In this document: piece by piece, positions 58,035-64,000 of the stretch
Layout of the letters: each line of letters opens with the position of its first letter
How positions within the stretch are numbered: the first letter of the stretch is position 1
DNA from: a virus
Reading direction: 5' to 3' (one strand)
DNA: 64,000 nucleotides
IMG/VR virus record: IMGVR_UViG_3300042691_044733
Coordinates: 1 to 64,000 of that record
Program-made: the position numbers and the translations under genes
Notes under the pieces: model-generated
What the model saw: only the letters and a program-made list of their open reading frames with translations
Told to the model about the DNA's origin: nothing
Databases searched by the model: none

Positions 58035-61000
58035 CGTTTGGTTAATATTGATTGTTGTTTAGTAATACCAGTTACTGGATCTATAGTAGTACCAGACATG
58101 GTAAATAAGTTTTTCATCAAATAATTTAAGAATTTAGATCCTCCTTCTTGTTGAAAATCATAAGGACCAACTTCTCTTTTATAATAAGCAGCTGGATCAT
58201 CTGACATTGAATCAAGTGCATAACCAATTGCTTTACTCCAATCAATCAATGTTGCTTTTAAAGGAATTGATTGTATTGAAAGTATATTAGCATAATCATC
58301 TAATCCATAACCTGGACTTGGAATCCATGCTTCATTTTCAGATCTTACAAGCATTGCTAAGTATAGAGCATGATTTTCTAACCAACCACCAACTTTAAAT
58401 GGATGTTCTACATCTTCTGAAACAAATGGACCTGGTAATGCACCACTCTTACGTCTAAGTTTTTCATATTTATCATCATCATCTGGATTAAATCCAAATA
58501 TAATTTCAACAAGTATAGATTTTAACAGATAAAGCAATGCAACTTCAGATATAACTTTCTTCCATGCAACTTTTTGTTCAGTTGTGAGACTCTGTAAGTT
58601 TTTACCTTTTGTTAAAACTGCCATTCTCATTGAGTTGTATGCTTCTGTATAGTAGCCTAATGATAATCCGTCTGTATAAGCATTGTATCTTGGACTAAAT
58701 GCTGCATTTGTGATATGTGAATATGCAAAACGGTTCATAAACATTCTCATGAAATATGTTTTCATTGACATAATCATTCTGTAAAGCAGATATCTGTTTG
58801 CTTCTGGACTATCAAAACTACTGTAAGCACCTGCTAATGAGTTAACTGTGTTGTGTACTTTTCTTACAAAAGCTTTATATTTTTTACCATTTATATTATA
58901 TTCTGGATCAATCCCTGATTTTAATCTAATTACTCCATCTACAACTTCCCAAGCTTCATCATAAGTTATAAGTTCTGTTTTACCATTACCTATATCTCTT
59001 TTAATTTTTTCTTTGTTAAGTAAAGCTCCAAAGACACTTAATGTACTGTTTAACTCTGTCCATTTTCTAACATTAGTTAAAAACTTAAAATCAGCAACAT
59101 CTGAAAACAATGATCTAGCTGATCCAGTTGATTCACTTATTTTTGTAAATAATCTTCCTTGAAGAGGATCCATTAATTCAACTAACTGAACTTTCAAAGA
59201 TTTAGATCCTAGTTTATAAATCTGATGACTGATCTCCATTGTTGCAGATTGTGCCCATGCAGATCCTTTTGTGTAATCTATAAAGTTAAAATTATTACCA
59301 CCAGCTGATTCAATTAAACTTTGGAACCTTAAACCTAAACTGTTTTTAAGTGCACTAGGAATATTGAAAGAAAAGAATGCGTGACCAGCAGCTTTTTGTA
59401 ACTGACCAGTTAACTTAGGAAAAAATCCATTCTGAATAAGTCCTGTAAGTTGTTTACCTTCAAATTCTCTTTCTATAAAATTGTTTACTGCTTTAGCTCT
59501 TATACTTAAACCTTTTTGTTTAACAGGTGAAATTAAATCACTAGCAACCATTTTAGCTTTTCTAAAAAGTTTCATTCCTTTTACATACTTATCTGGATTG
59601 TTATCTGGATTATTAACTACACTTTGTAATGCTTTAGCAGTGGGTAACATTTCTAATAATTTAGATTGTTTTACTCCTGACTGCATGTAACGCATCATAC
59701 CACCCATAACATCATAAGAAGTTTGATCTATTTCTAAATCAAACATGCCTGTTATAGGGATCTTGATATAATCCTCATCAAACAAATCTGCATTAACAAC
59801 CATCATTTTTTCATTTGGATTTAAATCTCTATCCAAATCATCTGGTTGTCTTGTGAAAGCTGCTCTAAGTTGTTTTGCCCATCTACTTAAAGGATTTTCT
59901 TTTTTCAAAGCTGAAAGTCCAATCTCATAATTACCCATTCTGTATCTTGGAATTTCTAAGTCCAATCTACTGGAATAAGGTAGATCTTTTTGGTAACTTA
60001 AATGACTTTCTATTAAACTTAAAAGCAGTTTATACTTATCTGGTTCTGTTGTTTTTAAAGTGAAATATTTATCATTTTTATATGGACCATTGCCAGGTTT
60101 AGGTAACCATTTACCATGCATGTCAATTGTTGCCATTTCAATAGGAATACCCTGTTGAATACAATCAAGAATTGTTATTCTTTCTGTTTTAAGTTTTACG
60201 GTTTCACCATTATCATTAACATAAGAATCTTTCACTTCTCTATAGAAGTATGATCTGTCAGGTTTACCTACAATTTCATCAATGAGATTTCCTTCTGAAT
60301 CACGTATTTCAGTTTTTTCATAATAATCTTCATTAAGTGAAACTATGTATGACCATGCTCTAGAAGGTCTGTATTTTCTAATTAACTTTTTCTTTTTCTT
60401 ATATTCACTATAAATATGATTTGCATTGTACCATTTTTCAAATAATGGATTCATTGAGATCAAATTTTCAGCAAAGTCTGCATCTTGAAGTACATCCACA
60501 TTACTTGCAGTAAAGTATTTAAAACCATAATTTGTTTCCAAATACTCAATCATTTCAGGAGTTAGAAAATCATTAATAGTATCTACATAATCTGTAGTTG
60601 GCATTCTTGATTGTAAGTCAAATAACTCTTCAATTAATTCTCCAATACGTTCATTATTTTCACCTGATTTAGCACTTTCTTTAATCTTGCTAAACATATC
60701 AAATAATGTATCTAGTTCATCTTCAGTAAGTTTAGCACCTGCTTTATACAGAGTGTTTAATTCATGATAAATCTCTTGCTCTGATTCAGTCAGTGCATTT
60801 GTGATACGTAGTTTCTTTCTAATATTTATAATTTCTTCTTCTGCTTTTTTGATTTCTTTTCTGAGATCTTCATTCATTTGGGAACCTATGGGTTGACCAT
60901 TTTCATCTTTATAAGCAGAAATAAGGTTTGTAATTTTTTTATACAGTTCAATGATTTCTTCGTTTTTATTATCTTTAGATAATTCACTGATCTCATTGAG

Positions 61001-63823
61001 AATTCTAGCTTTTTCTTTATAGAATTCATCATTCAATACCATTACAGTATTGTTTTTTAACCATTCTCTTTTCTTAAGATCATACTCTTCAGAATCTTTT
61101 TCAATCTTTTGATCTTCAAGACTTTGTAAAAATCTTAGATAAGCGGCATCAAATGCTCCAGGTTTTTGTTTGTAAGTATAAAACTTTCTGGATTGCTTTC
61201 TATATTCCTGAATCTTTCTTGCTATAGACAAGGCATAATTATTAGTTTCAGGGTTGTCTTGTTTTAATGAGCCATCTGTATTATAGTCTGAACCTAAAAG
61301 TTTGTATTCTCTCCAATAAGCTTTTTCTAATTCTCTGTTTTCAAGAATATCATCAATAGAATTAGAAGTAGTATGTAAACCTTGAATTTTAGAAAGTATT
61401 TCTTGTTGTGCTAAATATGCAAGCTTACCTACTGTATCTTCAAAAATTTCATACATCTTATAATAATCATCATGATAATCCTGATGCATGTGTGCTCTAT
61501 TATGATTATTTAATTTTTTTAAAGCATTTGAATAAGCATTTTTTGCATCTTCTGTTCTTGTTTTATAATATTCATCACGTGCTTTTTCAACATCGTCTTC
61601 AAGTTTTTTTACTGATCCTTTATAATCTTTCCAAGGATTTAGGAATGTTATTAATTCTTTAAATGTATTTGTATTCTTATTATAAAATCTTTTATCAATA
61701 GATGTAAGATCTCTACCCATGCTCAATCTTGAGGTAGCACTTCCATATCCTGCTTTTTTAACAAGAGGTTCTATTTTATTGAAAAATTCAGACATTTTAT
61801 TCTGTACTGTAGCAATCATTTCAGAATAGTTGTCTTTAACATACTGAGCAAATCCAAATATAACTGGATCCTGATTGTACATATAACCTTCTATAAATGA
61901 AGATATTCCAGCAGCATCTTCTAAGTTTCCTTCTAATAAATTTTTAATTTTTTCAGGTGAAAGTCTAAGTTCTTTATATTCTGCTTCTAAAGATTCTATT
62001 TCTTTTTGAGGGGCACCTCTTTTTCTTTTGAAAGCAAGAAGATCCATGTAGTACTTATCAATATTCTCAGTCATCTGAGAAAGTTGTTCAGTTAACATTT
62101 GTTCACTTGCTTCTTTATAAACGGCATCTCTATATTTCTCAGTTTTCTTAAGTTTTTTAGAAATACTGTTTATTAATGCATAAAGAGGGTTATCACTTTT
62201 GAAACTATCTGAATATCTTTCTTCATCAATAACAGATTCAACTTCTTGGATGAATTTTTCCCATTGCGATAGTACTTGATTATAATAATAAATCTTTGAC
62301 AGTTTTTCTTTATCATTCATATCTCTACTTAGAATTTTGAAATGATCAATTAATCTGTCAACTGTTACTTCTAATCTTAATAAACTGTTTAATAGTGCTT
62401 CTGCTTGACGTTTGTAATATTCAATCTCTTCAGACTCAGATTTAAACTCTGGTGTATTAACAGTACTAAAAAATCTTAAGTTTGATAAAATCTCGGTTAA
62501 GTCAGATCTATCAAGTTTATCACGCAATGCCATTCTCAAATCTTTATATTTAGATTTTGAGATTGTTTTTTGTTGTCTGTTAATTACATCAAAAAAGTTA
62601 TTACTGATTTTAATGAGATCACTACTTTCAATCTTATTGAGTTCTTTGAGAATTTCTTCACGACTTTCTCTTATGAAACCTGCAACATCTTCTGTATTAA
62701 GAAGATCTTTATCTATTGTAAAATCTGAGTTTTGAATTAACTGAAATAGTTCTGAAATCGTTGTATTAACATTTAATTTTTCAATACTGATTCTTTCCGT
62801 AAAGAGTCTTCTGAATAATTGTCTTATAGCATAAAGAAGGTTATCAATAAAAGATTTATATTTTGGTGTGAATTTTTCAGGATCAAACTTAGCCTGAAGT
62901 GCTCTAACAATTACTTCTTCTTTAAAGATTGCATCTTCTTCAGAATATTCTGGATATAAACTTTTAACAGCTTCTATAAGTTGCTTACCTTCAGCAGTTT
63001 GACTTAATTCAAAGAAAAGATTTTCAAATAATACAGAATTTTGTAATTTAATACTTCTTACTAATGGATGTGCAAATTCATGGAATGCAATATCTTGTGT
63101 GATATTACTACCAACAAAATAAACTTTATCACCCACAAAAAATGCTTTTTCATTATTGTAGGTTTGTTTTCTTAATGATAAAACTTCTTTAGCTTGCTCT
63201 GGAGTTATAAATTCATACTCCACTCCAAATTTATTAGATAAAATACTTAAAAGGTTCTTTAAAAGACCATTTATTCCAGCTGTATTATCTGCAAGTTCAG
63301 ATGCTACATTAGAAGAATCTTCTATAAAAGAATATTGTTGATCATAATCTTCAAAGTCTCTGTAAAACAATACATCGTTTGACATAATTTCAAATGGAGT
63401 ATCTGTTGGTGTAGGCATAACTTCACCATCTACAATGTACTCATTTGCTTGTTTTTGTCTTAAAATATAATCTCTTTCAGCTTGTTCTTTTAATACTTCT
63501 GATTCATGTTGCTTTATTAAATCCTCATCAAGTTCATTTAAGAGTTTGATCTGATTTGCAGAAGGTGCTATTTTAACAACTGTGTTTATACCTTCTATAG
63601 CAGTATAAGCAACATTACCAATTTTTTTAGGTCCATTGTTTATCTGTTTATTTATTTCTTGTGCTAATCTATACCCGTATCCTTTTGTTTGTTCACTTGT
63701 AAAGTTTCTATAAGGATTTTTTATAAATCTAATAACACTATCACTTCCATACTCAAACCAGGGTTTGTTGTTTAGAATTTTTTCTATAGTGTTGTTTAAT
63801 GTTCTATTGCAAAGTTGTCCCAT
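58031..63823 (-). CDS. Giant (~1930 aa) probable virion cargo/ejection protein with zincin-like HEFAH motif
   Basis: Long open frame; likely start MGQLC at 63823; AFHEFAHP..EEVIV; lies in the opposite-strand module. Confidence 0.7.
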   Translation of the reverse strand: MGQLCNRTLNNTIEKILNNKPWFEYGSDSVIRFIKNPYRNFTSEQTKGYGYRLAQEINKQINNGPKKIGNVAYTAIEGINTVVKIAPSANQIKLLNELDEDLIKQHESEVLKEQAERDYILRQKQANEYIVDGEVMPTPTDTPFEIMSNDVLFYRDFEDYDQQYSFIEDSSNVASELADNTAGINGLLKNLLSILSNKFGVEYEFITPEQAKEVLSLRKQTYNNEKAFFVGDKVYFVGSNITQDIAFHEFAHPLVRSIKLQNSVLFENLFFELSQTAEGKQLIEAVKSLYPEYSEEDAIFKEEVIVRALQAKFDPEKFTPKYKSFIDNLLYAIRQLFRRLFTERISIEKLNVNTTISELFQLIQNSDFTIDKDLLNTEDVAGFIRESREEILKELNKIESSDLIKISNNFFDVINRQQKTISKSKYKDLRMALRDKLDRSDLTEILSNLRFFSTVNTPEFKSESEEIEYYKRQAEALLNSLLRLEVTVDRLIDHFKILSRDMNDKEKLSKIYYYNQVLSQWEKFIQEVESVIDEERYSDSFKSDNPLYALINSISKKLKKTEKYRDAVYKEASEQMLTEQLSQMTENIDKYYMDLLAFKRKRGAPQKEIESLEAEYKELRLSPEKIKNLLEGNLEDAAGISSFIEGYMYNQDPVIFGFAQYVKDNYSEMIATVQNKMSEFFNKIEPLVKKAGYGSATSRLSMGRDLTSIDKRFYNKNTNTFKELITFLNPWKDYKGSVKKLEDDVEKARDEYYKTRTEDAKNAYSNALKKLNNHNRAHMHQDYHDDYYKMYEIFEDTVGKLAYLAQQEILSKIQGLHTTSNSIDDILENRELEKAYWREYKLLGSDYNTDGSLKQDNPETNNYALSIARKIQEYRKQSRKFYTYKQKPGAFDAAYLRFLQSLEDQKIEKDSEEYDLKKREWLKNNTVMVLNDEFYKEKARILNEISELSKDNKNEEIIELYKKITNLISAYKDENGQPIGSQMNEDLRKEIKKAEEEIINIRKKLRITNALTESEQEIYHELNTLYKAGAKLTEDELDTLFDMFSKIKESAKSGENNERIGELIEELFDLQSRMPTTDYVDTINDFLTPEMIEYLETNYGFKYFTASNVDVLQDADFAENLISMNPLFEKWYNANHIYSEYKKKKKLIRKYRPSRAWSYIVSLNEDYYEKTEIRDSEGNLIDEIVGKPDRSYFYREVKDSYVNDNGETVKLKTERITILDCIQQGIPIEMATIDMHGKWLPKPGNGPYKNDKYFTLKTTEPDKYKLLLSLIESHLSYQKDLPYSSRLDLEIPRYRMGNYEIGLSALKKENPLSRWAKQLRAAFTRQPDDLDRDLNPNEKMMVVNADLFDEDYIKIPITGMFDLEIDQTSYDVMGGMMRYMQSGVKQSKLLEMLPTAKALQSVVNNPDNNPDKYVKGMKLFRKAKMVASDLISPVKQKGLSIRAKAVNNFIEREFEGKQLTGLIQNGFFPKLTGQLQKAAGHAFFSFNIPSALKNSLGLRFQSLIESAGGNNFNFIDYTKGSAWAQSATMEISHQIYKLGSKSLKVQLVELMDPLQGRLFTKISESTGSARSLFSDVADFKFLTNVRKWTELNSTLSVFGALLNKEKIKRDIGNGKTELITYDEAWEVVDGVIRLKSGIDPEYNINGKKYKAFVRKVHNTVNSLAGAYSSFDSPEANRYLLYRMIMSMKTYFMRMFMNRFAYSHITNAAFSPRYNAYTDGLSLGYYTEAYNSMRMAVLTKGKNLQSLTTEQKVAWKKVISEVALLYLLKSILVEIIFGFNPDDDDKYEKLRRKSGALPGPFVSEDVEHPFKVGGWLENHALYLAMLVRSENEAWIPSPGYGLDDYANILSIQSIPLKATLIDWSKAIGYALDSMSDDPAAYYKREVGPYDFQQEGGSKFLNYLMKNLFTMSGTTIDPVTGITKQQSILTKR

Positions 63824-63825
63824 AA

Positions 63826-63999
63826 TTATAATATACAACTAAAATCTTTTTGTTCTAAATCAGTTCTTATTCCTAAATCATCAGTATCTTCTTTCTGTTC
63901 TCCAAACTCATAAAGAGTTTTCATTTTAAAATCTCCAAATTTACTTTCATCATTTAAAATGGCTTGAAAAAAATCTTGAAATAATTCAATTCCAGTTCT
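63826..63999 (-). CDS. C-terminal end of the upstream gene (truncated by the window edge)
   Basis: Open frame ending ...EQKDFSCIL-TAA just before ATG63823. Confidence 0.6.
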   Translation of the reverse strand, partial: RTGIELFQDFFQAILNDESKFGDFKMKTLYEFGEQKEDTDDLGIRTDLEQKDFSCIL

Positions 64000-64000
64000 A

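Noticed and set aside
1855-61662. Short antisense or overlapping ORFs in the track (e.g. 1855-2046, 8392-8649, 11882-12103, 30904-31194, 41980-42375, 57813-58004, 59481-59690, 61408-61662)
   Set aside because: They are shadow frames of real genes or of structured non-coding DNA, with no recognisable motifs.
1-64000. Genome-wide stop-codon recoding
   Set aside because: Long genes are intact under code 11 and both TAG and TGA terminate many genes; only two isolated internal stops were seen.

Overview
AT-rich, gene-dense segment of a large dsDNA phage genome. The host is most likely a Bacteroidota species, because TTTG-N19/20-TAnnTTTG promoters recur, and the layout is crAss-like. Positions 1-57.8 kb are almost entirely + strand: small accessory genes, free-standing homing endonucleases, tRNAs and structured non-coding regions, then a replication module (SF2 helicase, UDG, DnaB-like helicase, Sak4-like ATPase, primase, RuvC-like resolvase, PD-(D/E)XK nuclease, family B polymerase, MazG-like enzyme). 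This converges at about 57.9 kb with a giant minus-strand, probably virion-associated gene. The most striking signal is an RNA system at 30.0-30.7 kb, between a 687-aa protein with a TerD-like C-terminus and a 144-aa protein. It has seven copies of a covarying stem plus TTACTTCTA bulge element. Five copies each enclose a different anticodon stem-loop mimic, and two sit in inverted order as ~40-nt intron-like inserts in the anticodon arms of otherwise complete tRNA genes. Also present: a circularly permuted tRNA-like gene (21.7 kb), a twister ribozyme with large insertions (2.6-2.9 kb) and a group I intron carrying a LAGLIDADG ORF in a vWA gene (25.2-26.2 kb). All calls were made by eye from motifs and base-pairing; no searches were run.
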